A DNA stretch of 33,034 nucleotides from a virus (IMGVR_UViG_3300033067_002175:1-33034), one strand, 5' to 3'. Shown: positions 13,521-23,492, counted from the first letter of the stretch. Notes: a model not told the origin generated them from the letters alone. Numbers and translations are program-made.

Positions 13521-13704
13521 TAAAATATACTGTTCTCAATGTAGAAAACCTATTGGGATTTTAGTAGAGATAAACAACAGTATTCTTGTAGGTAATGTAA
13601 CTTTTAAAATCTCGTGTGAACAGTGTTTTGTAGAGCTTTTGGCCCAGAAGGATAGAACTATCGATGAAACTTTTAATCAACTTATTCAAGAAAGTAATTT
13701 ATGA
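13507..13704 (+). CDS. Small Zn-finger protein (CSQC...CEQC)
   Basis: ORF track; ATGA overlap with terS. Confidence 0.6.
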   Translation: MNPNNKIYCSQCRKPIGILVEINNSILVGNVTFKISCEQCFVELLAQKDRTIDETFNQLIQESNL

Positions 13705-14117
13705 GAAACAATCCTAATGGAGCCAATCAATATAAAGCAGACCCTCGTCAGTCTCTATTCCTTGCCAATTATCTAGATCCAAAAAGTGAAACATTCAGTA
13801 ATGCTTTAAGGTCTGCTTTGAAAGCAGGATATGAACAAGAGTATGCTGAAGTTATCACTGCACAGATGCCTACTTGGCTCTCAGATGCCCTCGGAGAAAG
13901 AAAGTTAGTGGAAAAAGCAGAGATCAATCTCGGTAAATATCTGGATTCTAATGATGAAAGAATAGGTTTGGATACTACTAAATTTGTTTTAGAGCGTTTA
14001 AAGAAGGATAAATACTCTCAAAGGAATGAACACACTGGTAAAGATGGAAAAGACCTTATAATGACTCCAGAACAAGCTAAGGAAGCCCTTAAAGTTATTG
14101 CAGATGAAGACAATTAA
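13701..14117 (+). CDS. terS: Terminase small subunit
   Basis: PRQ.LFL..Y...SETF.NA..SA.KAGY HTH; C-terminal EHTGKDGKDL; upstream of terL. Confidence 0.8.
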   Translation: MRNNPNGANQYKADPRQSLFLANYLDPKSETFSNALRSALKAGYEQEYAEVITAQMPTWLSDALGERKLVEKAEINLGKYLDSNDERIGLDTTKFVLERLKKDKYSQRNEHTGKDGKDLIMTPEQAKEALKVIADEDN

Positions 14118-14541
14118 ACTCAGAGAGTTTCAAAGGTATTTGCATAAGATCATCAAAGAAGGTGAAGATTTACAAGTTATTAAGCCTGACGGTCAAATTT
14201 TGTTTAGTGTGTTGATTGCTACAAATGGTAATTATTATACTTTGAATCCAAATAATGGAAGATGTGTAGAGCATAAAATTAAAGACGGTCGTGCATCAGT
14301 TAGCCAAAATCCAGTAAAATTAGAAACAATAGATACAGAATTGACCGTCACGCATGGAATTAACGACGGTCGTGCATGGGGAAGCCAAATAATTGAAAAG
14401 CAAATTAAATGTGATAAATGTAAAATAAGCGAAGCTGAGTATTTTGGTGAGAATTATAACGATATTGGCGATTGGGTAACTATGAAGATTTGTGAAATAT
14501 GTTATAAGAAATTTAAACCACGTAATTTTAGAAAGATATGA
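14104..14541 (+). CDS. Phd/YefM-like N-terminal DNA-binding region plus C-terminal Zn finger
   Basis: MKTIKLREFQR.L..II.....LQVI; CDKC...CEIC. Confidence 0.55.
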   Translation: MKTIKLREFQRYLHKIIKEGEDLQVIKPDGQILFSVLIATNGNYYTLNPNNGRCVEHKIKDGRASVSQNPVKLETIDTELTVTHGINDGRAWGSQIIEKQIKCDKCKISEAEYFGENYNDIGDWVTMKICEICYKKFKPRNFRKI

Positions 14542-14687
14542 TAGGACATTATGTGAAATTTTGGCCTTTATCTAACGGGGTTAGTAATATCAAAATACTT
14601 CCTAAATGGGTGAATTTTTTAGGATTTATTTTAATATGTTTTGGTTATAAAAAGATTAAATATGTTAAATTACCTCATTTAAAATAA
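14538..14687 (+). CDS. 49-aa hydrophobic/basic small protein
   Basis: Translated by hand; ATGA overlap; stop 2 nt before the next ATG. Confidence 0.45.
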   Translation: MIGHYVKFWPLSNGVSNIKILPKWVNFLGFILICFGYKKIKYVKLPHLK

Positions 14688-14689
14688 CT

Positions 14690-15058
14690 ATGCTCTCATA
14701 CGAACTATGTAAAAAACTCAAAGATGCTGGTTGGTCGCAAGAATTTAGTTATGGTGATTGTGGGATGACCCCTGAGGGCGGTTACACATATCATGATGAG
14801 CATACGAATGATTATTTGGAAGAGAATGAGGTCAAGATACCTTCACTCTCAGAGCTTATAGAAGCTTGTATTGAAGGAGTTGAATTTGGATTTGATAGTT
14901 TAGTGTATTATCCAGAAGGAAGTAGATCAAATATAAATCATAAATGGGAAGCATATGCTAAATATGATCCTTCATATGAAGATGGTAATCGGTTAGGAAC
15001 TGGTGAAGCCCCAGAAGAAGCAGTTGCTAATTTATGGTTAGAACTTAATAAAAAATAA
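14690..15058 (+). CDS. Conserved phage hypothetical protein
   Basis: LSYELCKKLKDAGW, PSLSELIEAC and PEEAVANLWLELN motifs. Confidence 0.75.
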   Translation: MLSYELCKKLKDAGWSQEFSYGDCGMTPEGGYTYHDEHTNDYLEENEVKIPSLSELIEACIEGVEFGFDSLVYYPEGSRSNINHKWEAYAKYDPSYEDGNRLGTGEAPEEAVANLWLELNKK

Positions 15059-15086
15059 AAATTTATCTTGAGCTGACATATTTGTT

Positions 15087-16535
15087 ATGCCAACTCAAGA
15101 AGAGATACAATCAGCAGTTCGAACACTAGCAAAAGATAAGTTGCTTGTTTTTGCTGTGGCTATGAATCAACAGTTTAAGACTGCATGGCATCTTCAGCTA
15201 CTTGCCAAGAAGCTTGAAGCTGTAGAACGAGGAGAAATAAAACGACTGATGATATTCATGCCTCCTAGGCATGGGAAAAGCCTTTTATGCTCTCAGATGT
15301 TTCCTGCTTGGTTTATTGGCCGGAATCCAAGAAAGCAGATTATAACTTCTACTTATGGGCATTCTCTTGCTTCACGATTTGGTAGAGAAGTTAGAAACAC
15401 AGTTCAGGATAGAAGATATCAAGTTATATTTCCAGGAGTTTCATTATCAGAAGATTCTAAGGCTAAAGATAATTTTATTACTAATGAAAACGGAGTTTAT
15501 ATTGCCACTGGTATTGGTGGGGCATCGACTGGTTATGGAGCTGATCTTCTTCTTATTGATGATCCAGTTAAAGATCAGCAAGATGCTGATTCTGAGGTTA
15601 TTCAGCAAAATAATTGGGATTGGTATTTGTCTGTAGCGTATACGCGCCTCATGCCAAATGGTGCAATTGTGGTCATTCAAACTCGTTGGCATGAGGCAGA
15701 TTTATCAGGGATGATTTTGACAGCTGAAAAAGAGAAATGGGAAGTTATTAGTTTTCCTTTAATTGCTGAAGAAGATGAATTTAAAAGAAAGAAAGGCGAT
15801 GTCCTTTGGCCAGAAAGATTTAGTTTAGAATGGGCATTAGAGCAGAAAGAGACTTATGCTAAAGCTAATAAGATAGAAGTGTTTCATTGTCTGTATCAGC
15901 AAAATCCATTTAGTCTTGAGTCTCAAGAGTTTAAGCGGTCCATGTTTAAATATTTTCGAGATGACGAATGCCCTGGAAATTTACGGATATTTACGACAGT
16001 TGATCCAGCTATTTCTAAAAAAGCTTCAGCAGATGAGAGTTGTGTTATGACGGTAGGAGTAGCCCCAGATAACACTAAATACATTCTAGAATATACGAAT
16101 GCAAAACTTGATCCATCTGAGCTTATTGAAGAGATTTTTAGGCATTTTGAAAAATATGAGCCTGCTATGGTTGGAATTGAAACAGTGGCCTATCAAGAAG
16201 CTTTAAGTCACTTTTTAAAGATAGAAATGAGGAGAAGAAATCAGTTTATGAGAGTAGAAGAGATCAAAACAAGACAAGATAAGGAGACTAAAATACGTGG
16301 TCTTATAGCTCATTATAAAGCTGGAGCTGTTTATCATCGAGCAGGATATTGTGAAACACTTGAACAGCAACTTTTACGTTTCCCAAAAGGTCAAAAGGAT
16401 GATGTGATTGATTCTTTGGCCATGCAGCAAGAGCTTTGGAGTGCTCCACTTTATACAAAAGTGAATAGATTTAAGCAGACAGGACAGACAATTAAGCAGC
16501 TTATGCAGGAAGATGGTTTGTTGCCAGCACGTTAG
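15087..16535 (+). CDS. terL: Terminase large subunit
   Basis: Walker A MPPRHGKS, Walker B LLLIDDP, QTRWHE.D, nuclease VDPA ... DDVIDS. Confidence 0.96.
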   Translation: MPTQEEIQSAVRTLAKDKLLVFAVAMNQQFKTAWHLQLLAKKLEAVERGEIKRLMIFMPPRHGKSLLCSQMFPAWFIGRNPRKQIITSTYGHSLASRFGREVRNTVQDRRYQVIFPGVSLSEDSKAKDNFITNENGVYIATGIGGASTGYGADLLLIDDPVKDQQDADSEVIQQNNWDWYLSVAYTRLMPNGAIVVIQTRWHEADLSGMILTAEKEKWEVISFPLIAEEDEFKRKKGDVLWPERFSLEWALEQKETYAKANKIEVFHCLYQQNPFSLESQEFKRSMFKYFRDDECPGNLRIFTTVDPAISKKASADESCVMTVGVAPDNTKYILEYTNAKLDPSELIEEIFRHFEKYEPAMVGIETVAYQEALSHFLKIEMRRRNQFMRVEEIKTRQDKETKIRGLIAHYKAGAVYHRAGYCETLEQQLLRFPKGQKDDVIDSLAMQQELWSAPLYTKVNRFKQTGQTIKQLMQEDGLLPAR

Positions 16536-16597
16536 ACTACAACTCGATTCTTTTTACAAAAAATATAGGATCGTCATAATAAAGACTCAATAAGTAT

Positions 16598-16834
16598 GTG
16601 GATATGAAGCAAACTTCGGGACAACTTGGAAAAACTTTGCCGAAGCTCGATCTAAGGGCACCATCTGATCCTACTCGTGTATCAGTAAGTCCTGTAACCC
16701 CACCTGATAATAGTATTTATGGTACTCCATTAAGTAATACGCCTCAGCTTACGCATGTTACTCCAGTTATGAGAGGGCCTTCTACTTCACAGGTAGGCTC
16801 AAATCCAAATACTTTATTCCCTGAAAAACCATAA
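16598..16834 (+). CDS. Pro/Ser/Thr-rich small protein
   Basis: ORF track; TAATG overlap with the next gene. Confidence 0.55.
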   Translation: MDMKQTSGQLGKTLPKLDLRAPSDPTRVSVSPVTPPDNSIYGTPLSNTPQLTHVTPVMRGPSTSQVGSNPNTLFPEKP

Positions 16835-17124
16835 TGGAAGCACAACTTCAAATCTGGGCTACAGAAGGAAGGCCATTAAAAGCAAGCGAATGGCTAGCGA
16901 ATGGTTATGCCTCTTTAGAAGATTATGTAATGAGTGAAATAAAAGGTCATAGTGGACATCATGAGAATTCATGCAAAACATGCGATAAGTACAAGCTTTT
17001 GCCTTTAGTAAGTTTTGGAATTTTTAATTACAAGACAGGTGAAAAAGATATCAAAATGACATGTGAAAAAGTGGAAGATTTGCCAACTTCAAATATTGAG
17101 GGGGTTTTAGAGTTTGATAGTTAA
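16834..17124 (+). CDS. Hypothetical protein (HxxxCxxC)
   Basis: ORF track. Confidence 0.65.
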   Translation: MEAQLQIWATEGRPLKASEWLANGYASLEDYVMSEIKGHSGHHENSCKTCDKYKLLPLVSFGIFNYKTGEKDIKMTCEKVEDLPTSNIEGVLEFDS

Positions 17125-17151
17125 ATTTTATCTGGAGCTGGTTGATAAAAA

Positions 17152-19050
17152 ATGGAAGAGAATTTAGGTACAGCCAAAAGTGACACTGAGGTACAGTTAA
17201 TATGGTCTTCTCGACGGCAACGGATGGCCGAACGTCGTGTGTATTTTGAATCTCTTTGGAGAAATGGTATCACCAGTTTCTTTCAAGGGATTATTAGTGA
17301 ATCTATAAATGGTTCACGCCCTCTTTATAATACTTTGTACGAACAGTACGATTTCTCGATATTCTCTCGTGATGGACTTCGGTTTGGAAGTTTAAAATAT
17401 CCGCTTCTTCATGCTCTTGTCATGAGAGCCATGGCTTCTGAGATACCCAATAAACCAAAAGTAAGTTTTATTAATGTGGGTTCAAATGATCAAACCAAAC
17501 CTTTGGCATTCAAACATCTTTTTAATCAAGTTTTATATGAATCAAATGCTGATGAAACAGATTTTGAAACATTTTTAGGAAAGCGTATTTTTGGGACTTC
17601 GGTCAATATGGTCATGACTGAAGAATATGAAGTAACTGTGAAAGATCCTGAACGAAACCCTGAGACTGATGAGATAGTTTATAAAAAGAAAACTAAAAAA
17701 ATCCGCCAATGTCTCTATAAGAATATAGATATAAGACATGTCTATCTGGATGAGCATTGTGTCAAAACCAATTTGAGCGATTGTCAGTATGCTCAGGTAG
17801 ATGAGTATTTTTCTAAAGATGAATTTCGGGAAAAATTTGCTAAGTATGGAACAGAAAAAGTAGAAAAAGCTTGTTCTTCTACAATGCAAAAAGAAACCGG
17901 CCAAGTTTACGAAAACTGGTATGACACAAAAGGGGTTGATTATGTAAGGGTAACACATTGTTTTGATAAAATTCATGATTGCTATCATATCATCGCAAAC
18001 AATGTTCTCTTAAATGAGATTGATACACCAATCCCTCGTATTGCAGGACGAAGAGGAAAAGAAATACCTCTTGCTTTAGCTGTTCAATATAAAATCCCAA
18101 ATGCTCCTTATGGCTATGGAGATAGTCATGTAACAACAAGTTTCAACCACATCAAAAATCTTGTTAGGATTATGCTTTTGGAGATTACGCAGAAATCAGC
18201 CAAGCCTCTTATCGCTGTTGATCCTCTTTCAAGTTTTGATGAGCAGGGTTTTGAATGGGGTCAAGATTTTATTCGTATTGATCCAAAGAGTATGACCGTT
18301 ATTCCGGTTGGATCAGACCTTCAGTTGCTTTATAAACTTGATGAAATCACTGATAACGACATTATTCGCGTTACTGGTATCAATATTAACGATACAAGCA
18401 ATGTAGATTCAGGTGAAACAGCTCGTAAAACAGTAATTCGCAGAGAATCACAAAACGCTTTGATTGAATTGACCATGAATTATATGGCTGATTCGTTTTT
18501 TAAGAGACTTTATACTCTTCTAAAAGATGATATTAAGCTTCATTATGGCATGATGCTTAAAAATGGCGACAAAATACCTGTTAGAACTCAGAATGTTCGT
18601 TTAGTACGATCAAAAAAAGGTTTCCAAGAAGAAAATGTAAAAGGATTTAGATATTTTGATCTTAAAGACGGTGATCTTGATTTGGATGTCGAGCTTGATC
18701 TTGAAATTGGCAATATAGCTTCTTCTCGTGAACTTGATAAGGCTCTTGTCAATGAAGGAGTTGATGCTATGGCTAAATTTCCAAATGGATTTAGTCAAGA
18801 TGGAGTCGCTCAATATATTCAAGAAGGTTTTGAAATGCCCGATACGGTTTTGGCAAATAAACCAGAAAAGTTCGCGGGTGGTGATCCAAAGCAAATAGCT
18901 CAACAAGCACTTCCGCCAGAATTTTTACCTCAAAATGTGCAAGAACAAAATCAACTTAACCAACAACAAAATGCGCAAGCTCTTGCAGTTCCTCCAGGTG
19001 TACCGAATATACCTCAAGCTGGACAAGCTCCAACGGGAAACCCTCAATAA
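17152..19050 (+). CDS. Portal protein (P22-like)
   Basis: 632 aa after terL; FGT.V, YG.G, RVTGI..., ETAR motifs; Q/P-rich tail. Confidence 0.8.
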   Translation: MEENLGTAKSDTEVQLIWSSRRQRMAERRVYFESLWRNGITSFFQGIISESINGSRPLYNTLYEQYDFSIFSRDGLRFGSLKYPLLHALVMRAMASEIPNKPKVSFINVGSNDQTKPLAFKHLFNQVLYESNADETDFETFLGKRIFGTSVNMVMTEEYEVTVKDPERNPETDEIVYKKKTKKIRQCLYKNIDIRHVYLDEHCVKTNLSDCQYAQVDEYFSKDEFREKFAKYGTEKVEKACSSTMQKETGQVYENWYDTKGVDYVRVTHCFDKIHDCYHIIANNVLLNEIDTPIPRIAGRRGKEIPLALAVQYKIPNAPYGYGDSHVTTSFNHIKNLVRIMLLEITQKSAKPLIAVDPLSSFDEQGFEWGQDFIRIDPKSMTVIPVGSDLQLLYKLDEITDNDIIRVTGININDTSNVDSGETARKTVIRRESQNALIELTMNYMADSFFKRLYTLLKDDIKLHYGMMLKNGDKIPVRTQNVRLVRSKKGFQEENVKGFRYFDLKDGDLDLDVELDLEIGNIASSRELDKALVNEGVDAMAKFPNGFSQDGVAQYIQEGFEMPDTVLANKPEKFAGGDPKQIAQQALPPEFLPQNVQEQNQLNQQQNAQALAVPPGVPNIPQAGQAPTGNPQ

Positions 19051-19339
19051 ACAGGATTATGATAACCTCTCAGCTTTATACTTGGACTCCAAGTATAAGA
19101 GTTTGATTAAGCTAGAGAACAACATCATACTTGATCTAGTAAACAAAACGTTTAGGGAAGCCCAAAAAGAATCTGAATTTTTAGGGATCAAATGGGCAAA
19201 AGCTATGTTCCAATTGAAACAAGCTGAAATTAAACATCAATATGATCTTATAATTCTTAAACATCATGCAAAAAAACGCGAAACAACCCAAAGTCATGCA
19301 GATTTTGAAAAACTCCCAGACGGGGTTCCCCTCGAATAA
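18935..19339 (+). CDS. Hypothetical protein downstream of portal
   Basis: ORF track (start possibly ATG 18971). Confidence 0.6.
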   Translation: MCKNKINLTNNKMRKLLQFLQVYRIYLKLDKLQRETLNKQDYDNLSALYLDSKYKSLIKLENNIILDLVNKTFREAQKESEFLGIKWAKAMFQLKQAEIKHQYDLIILKHHAKKRETTQSHADFEKLPDGVPLE

Positions 19340-19421
19340 AGCAATGCTTGCTGATGTGGTAGTTCCTCAAAATAAGGGGCCTAAAATTACTTATAACCAA
19401 GGTATAGCAATTTCAAAATAA
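19266..19421 (+). CDS. Possible 41-51 aa small ORF ending just before the structured leader
   Basis: Translated by hand; in-frame ATGs at 19266 and 19296, TAA at 19419-19421. Confidence 0.35.
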   Translation: MQKNAKQPKVMQILKNSQTGFPSNKAMLADVVVPQNKGPKITYNQGIAISK

Positions 19422-19439
19422 CGATCTTTTACAATTTGT

Positions 19440-19542
19440 GAGCTGATTCTCGATATATCGCTTTTAGGGCGGTATGGTCTGGTTTCAGCTCCCAGATTGT
19501 CCTGCCTTAAAAAGGGTATATCGAAAGATATGCTCTTTTTTT
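19440..19542 (+). promoter_or_regulatory. Attenuator-like RNA switch (anti-antiterminator / antiterminator / terminator)
   Basis: GAGCTGA/TCAGCTC; about 29-bp rod at 19450-19524; terminator GGGTATATC-GAAA-GATATGCTC-T7 overlapping the rod's 3' strand. Confidence 0.65.
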
Positions 19543-19564
19543 ATTATTTAAATTTTCACTCAAC

Positions 19565-20413
19565 ATGGCAGATAACACCCCTGTAACTGATCCAGTTACA
19601 AGTGCACAGAAGGTTGAAGATCAACCGGAAGTTGCTACTACCGACCAACCAATAGAAGTTCCTACTTTTGCAAAAGCTACTCCAGAAATTAAGGAAGAAC
19701 CAAAGTCTGAAGCACCAGAAGTAAAAGAGGAACCAAAAGAAGCCCCTGTTCCACAGGAAACTGACGAACAAGCTACTCTCAAAAAACGGTTAAGTGGCGC
19801 AATATCTGAGGTTGAGAAAAAGAATGAAGAAGTAAGAAAGATAGTTGATTTACAGGTTGAACTTGTAACAACAAATCCTGATTTGATTCATAGGATAGCA
19901 GCTACTGACCCTGTGCTTGCCAATAAGGTAATACAGAAAGTCTGGGGTGCTACAGGTGTTCGCTCTTATAAACAATTAGTCGAGCGAGTTAAGCTCGAAG
20001 AATTAAAAGAAGAAAATCCTGAACTTTATGAAACTAAGAAGGAACTGACAGAAATTAAAGATCGTCTTACTGATCGAGAAACTCGTGAAAGAGAATCGAT
20101 TCGTAAAAGTTTTTTTTCAAAAAAAGGAATTCTTGAAAATGAATATGACCCGAATTTTGTCAGGTTACAAAACGCTTTAGATCGATTAAATCCTTCCTTC
20201 ATTCAAGAAGATTACGAAAAAGCTCTTGAATTTGCCCACAAGATGGAATTTTCAGAAGAGCCAGTAATAAAAAAAGAATCCGTACCAACTTTATCAGTCG
20301 GTGGAGGAGTTAAGCCTGCTCCATTGCCTGAAACTAAACCACCCGTCTCTGAACAGAGCTCATGGTTAGCAGCAGAACTGAATAAAGCGCGCGGATATAA
20401 CATCAAACTTTAA
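19565..20413 (+). CDS. Capsid scaffolding protein
   Basis: Acidic Pro-rich N-terminus and coiled coils; lies between portal and capsid. Confidence 0.75.
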   Translation: MADNTPVTDPVTSAQKVEDQPEVATTDQPIEVPTFAKATPEIKEEPKSEAPEVKEEPKEAPVPQETDEQATLKKRLSGAISEVEKKNEEVRKIVDLQVELVTTNPDLIHRIAATDPVLANKVIQKVWGATGVRSYKQLVERVKLEELKEENPELYETKKELTEIKDRLTDRETRERESIRKSFFSKKGILENEYDPNFVRLQNALDRLNPSFIQEDYEKALEFAHKMEFSEEPVIKKESVPTLSVGGGVKPAPLPETKPPVSEQSSWLAAELNKARGYNIKL

Positions 20414-20431
20414 TTTTTAATTTTATTTATT

Positions 20432-20890
20432 ATGTCAGGAGTACGTTTAGTACAAGGGATGAATACATCCAATTCCCAAGAGTGCATTTTAGCAAATTCT
20501 GTCACTCTTGATTTCGGAGATCCAATTAAATTGGATTCTAACGGGTTTCTTGCCCCGGTTGCCGCAGGCGATAAAGTAGAAGGTTTCTTCGCTCAAGCTA
20601 CAACCACAGCAACATCTGATAATCAGACAGTTGCATTGGCAAAAGGTTTATACCAACCAGTCACATTTGACATGGTTCTTGAAGCTACAGCTGATCAAGC
20701 TGCTACTCAAACCGATATCGGTGCTTATGCAGATTTTATTGTATCTGGAACAACTTTTACGATTAATCTCGCTGCTGGATCTTCTGGTCAGGTCATGATT
20801 CTTGATTTTGATCCAAATCGAGATGGCACAACGACACTTGTTCGGTTCTCAATTGCTGAACCTGAAGTTTTGGCTTTTGCCCAAGCTTAA
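20432..20890 (+). CDS. Capsid-associated/decoration protein
   Basis: Beta-rich, 152 aa (GDPIKLDSNG.L), immediately before the capsid gene. Confidence 0.6.
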   Translation: MSGVRLVQGMNTSNSQECILANSVTLDFGDPIKLDSNGFLAPVAAGDKVEGFFAQATTTATSDNQTVALAKGLYQPVTFDMVLEATADQAATQTDIGAYADFIVSGTTFTINLAAGSSGQVMILDFDPNRDGTTTLVRFSIAEPEVLAFAQA

Positions 20891-20918
20891 TTTTACTTTT
20901 TAATTTTTTTTATTCTGT

Positions 20919-21914
20919 ATGCCTAATAACTCAACATTAAGTATTCCACAAGTAGTCGATCCGGCGATAGTCTCCGCTTTCGACCAAGTGAAATACCAAA
21001 TCTCGCAAAAAGCTCAATATAAAATGTTCCCTTTCAAGGAATATGAAATCCAGACTACTGGAGACAAAATGTCTTCTCTCTCTGGTTATGGCCCAGGTGG
21101 TTTGACGATTCAAGGTCAGTCTTATCAACTCGACTATAAATACAATGGTTATTCAAAGACCATGGTAGTTCGTAAGTATACCAAGCGTGTACCTTACACC
21201 GAAGAATTGGATTACTTCCTTAAAAAACGTTCAGCAATGGGCGTTTACGAGGTAGATTCTATGATGACAGGTTTGGCGCAGGGTCTTCTTCAGAACTGGG
21301 AACAGGATTTTGCTAAAACATTTTATCTCGGTGCTGGAACAACCTTCATTACAGGTGGTGATGGATTGGCTCTTTATAGCGCTTCCCATCCTTCTCAAAA
21401 ACCAGGTCTCGCTGTTCAATCCAACATTGTAACAGTAGGTGCTACAACGAATCCAGTACTCAATGCAACTTCTCTTAAACAAGCTTTTATTCAGCTTGAT
21501 CGTTTCAAGGATGATGCAGGTGTACTTGTTTCACCAACTACTAATCTTGGTTTGGTTACATCTCGTCAAAACTGGGAGACGGCATTTAGATTGAAACAAT
21601 CTGAATATGGCCCAGATACAGCTAATCTTGGTTATGGTCAGGTATCACCTACTATTACCGCAGCTGTAGGTAAATCGTTTTCCGTTTTGCCACTTCATTA
21701 CATGCCAGACGCTTATGCAAATTACTGGTTTGTAGTCGATTTGGACAAAATGAAAGACATGCTTGTCATGGCTAAAGCATGGGAACCACGCATTCACGAA
21801 AGAATGAAAGATATTGATGGTGTCGAGAATATCTTGGCTTCAACTCTCTTTGGGCCTAACCCAATCGATTGGAGATTTACCGTTGGTTCAACTGGCGCTA
21901 ACGCACTTCCATAA
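20919..21914 (+). CDS. Major capsid protein (HK97 fold, Mu gpT-like)
   Basis: GGDGLALYSASHP, L....LKQA...L.RFKDDAG and WFVVD motifs; position; strong terminator downstream. Confidence 0.85.
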   Translation: MPNNSTLSIPQVVDPAIVSAFDQVKYQISQKAQYKMFPFKEYEIQTTGDKMSSLSGYGPGGLTIQGQSYQLDYKYNGYSKTMVVRKYTKRVPYTEELDYFLKKRSAMGVYEVDSMMTGLAQGLLQNWEQDFAKTFYLGAGTTFITGGDGLALYSASHPSQKPGLAVQSNIVTVGATTNPVLNATSLKQAFIQLDRFKDDAGVLVSPTTNLGLVTSRQNWETAFRLKQSEYGPDTANLGYGQVSPTITAAVGKSFSVLPLHYMPDAYANYWFVVDLDKMKDMLVMAKAWEPRIHERMKDIDGVENILASTLFGPNPIDWRFTVGSTGANALP

Positions 21915-21924
21915 ATTTTTCAAT

Positions 21925-21955
21925 GAGGGGGATGAATTTCCCCCTCTTATTCTTT
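21925..21955 (+). terminator. Intrinsic terminator after capsid
   Basis: GAGGGGGA-TGAATT-TCCCCCTC followed by TTATTCTTT. Confidence 0.7.
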
Positions 21956-21969
21956 AAATATTCAAAATT

Positions 21970-23433
21970 ATGGCCTTAACAGATTTAAGCCAAGTAACAA
22001 CTGAGACAATAGTTCAGATCGTAGGTTCAACTCAAACAGTGGGCTCAGAAACTCCTGTAATCGATCGTTTGGATGCCAGCGGGAATATTGTTGAATGTCA
22101 TGGAACAACAGTTCCGACTGCAGCCACTGCTGGATATTCTAAAAATGCAATTTTCAGAAAAACAGATGCAGGTGCTGGAGTAACGGGTCTTTATACCAAT
22201 ACTGGAACAACCAGCTCATGTACCTTTACTTTGGTAGATACAGCATTGCCTGGCGATACAGCATCTTCTTTGATTGACACAAATAGCGTCACGGCTTTAG
22301 ATGTTGGAACCACTGCAAGTGCAGTCAATAATTTAAGAGTCACCAACTCTGCCACCGGAGCGGTTTCGGCAAATGCAGTGACTTTATCAGCGGTTGGAAG
22401 TGACTCAGCTGTTAGTCTTTCTATTGTCCCTAAGGGCGCAACAGGTATTACCACAGTAGGTCTTTCAACTGGAACTGGAGATGTAGTGGTGGGTTCATCT
22501 TCGGCTACACAAACTGTAAAAATTTCGAATGGCGCTGGAATTGCCAATACTAATATTGCTGCCGTTACCACTGCGGGCAGTACTACTAACATTGCTTCAG
22601 CTGCTACAGGGAATGGTGTGACGGATACGGTAAATATTGCAACCGGAAATTCAACAGGAAGTGGTAATAAAGTGGTTCATATTGCTGATGGTGTACCAGG
22701 AGGTAGTGGATCGAATACTGTAACTATGGGAAGCACGCTGAATAACAGTACTGTAAGCATCGTAGGCGGCCCAAATGCTTCATCTATAAGCATTGCATCT
22801 CCTAGCACAGGTATAATTGCAATAGGAGGTGGTGCCCAAAGTGGTGACATCGTTGTAGGATCTTCGTCTGCTACGCAGACCGTTAAGCTAGGTAATGGAG
22901 CAGGGGCTTCAACCATTAACCTTGCTAATGTCTCTGTGGCTGGAGCCAATGTAAATATGGCAACTGCAGCTACTGGAGCTGGTATTACCGATACGGTTTC
23001 TATTTCTACAGGGAATGCAGCTGCAACCGGTATAAAAGTGGTAAATATTTTGACTGGAACTCCTGGAACAAGCGGGAACAATCGTTTAACGATGGGAGGT
23101 GGTACTACTTCAAAAGTCACTCTTAATGCTGCAGTATCCAGTTATCAGGCTATTAACTATATTGCTTCTGAAACTGGATCAAACAATGCCATTGCGGGAG
23201 CTTTAACAGATGCCGGAGGAAGCAATGTAACTTTGGCAGCTGGCCTTCGTGTACTTGTTAAATTAGGCCATACTCTTCAAGCTGGAGCAAATACCTTCAA
23301 TTTAAATGGAGGTGGAGCAGTAAATATTAAAAGCCATTTGAATATAGCCAATAACATTGGAACTGCTTATGCAGCAACTGGTGTTATTGATCTTTTTTAT
23401 GATGGTACTCAGTGGGTTGATATGTCTCAATAG
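21970..23433 (+). CDS. Gly/Ala/Thr-rich fibre or spike protein (possibly head fibre)
   Basis: Beta-repeat composition; internal duplication GD.VVGSSSATQTVK..NGAG; C-terminal L.YDGT.W. Confidence 0.65.
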   Translation: MALTDLSQVTTETIVQIVGSTQTVGSETPVIDRLDASGNIVECHGTTVPTAATAGYSKNAIFRKTDAGAGVTGLYTNTGTTSSCTFTLVDTALPGDTASSLIDTNSVTALDVGTTASAVNNLRVTNSATGAVSANAVTLSAVGSDSAVSLSIVPKGATGITTVGLSTGTGDVVVGSSSATQTVKISNGAGIANTNIAAVTTAGSTTNIASAATGNGVTDTVNIATGNSTGSGNKVVHIADGVPGGSGSNTVTMGSTLNNSTVSIVGGPNASSISIASPSTGIIAIGGGAQSGDIVVGSSSATQTVKLGNGAGASTINLANVSVAGANVNMATAATGAGITDTVSISTGNAAATGIKVVNILTGTPGTSGNNRLTMGGGTTSKVTLNAAVSSYQAINYIASETGSNNAIAGALTDAGGSNVTLAAGLRVLVKLGHTLQAGANTFNLNGGGAVNIKSHLNIANNIGTAYAATGVIDLFYDGTQWVDMSQ

Positions 23434-23440
23434 TTTTTTT

Positions 23441-23464
23441 GGGCTTCTCAGAAATGAGAGGCCT
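23441..23464 (+). terminator. GAAA-tetraloop hairpin (terminator or mRNA stabiliser)
   Basis: GGGCTTCTCA-GAAA-TGAGAGGCCT; weak U-tract. Confidence 0.5.
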
Positions 23465-23492
23465 TCTAAAGATTATAAATTAACAAATTTTT

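Noticed and set aside
14643-14670. dif-like site (TATGTTAAAT resembles a XerD half-site)
   Set aside because: No matching XerC half-site or symmetry; lies within a small AT-rich ORF
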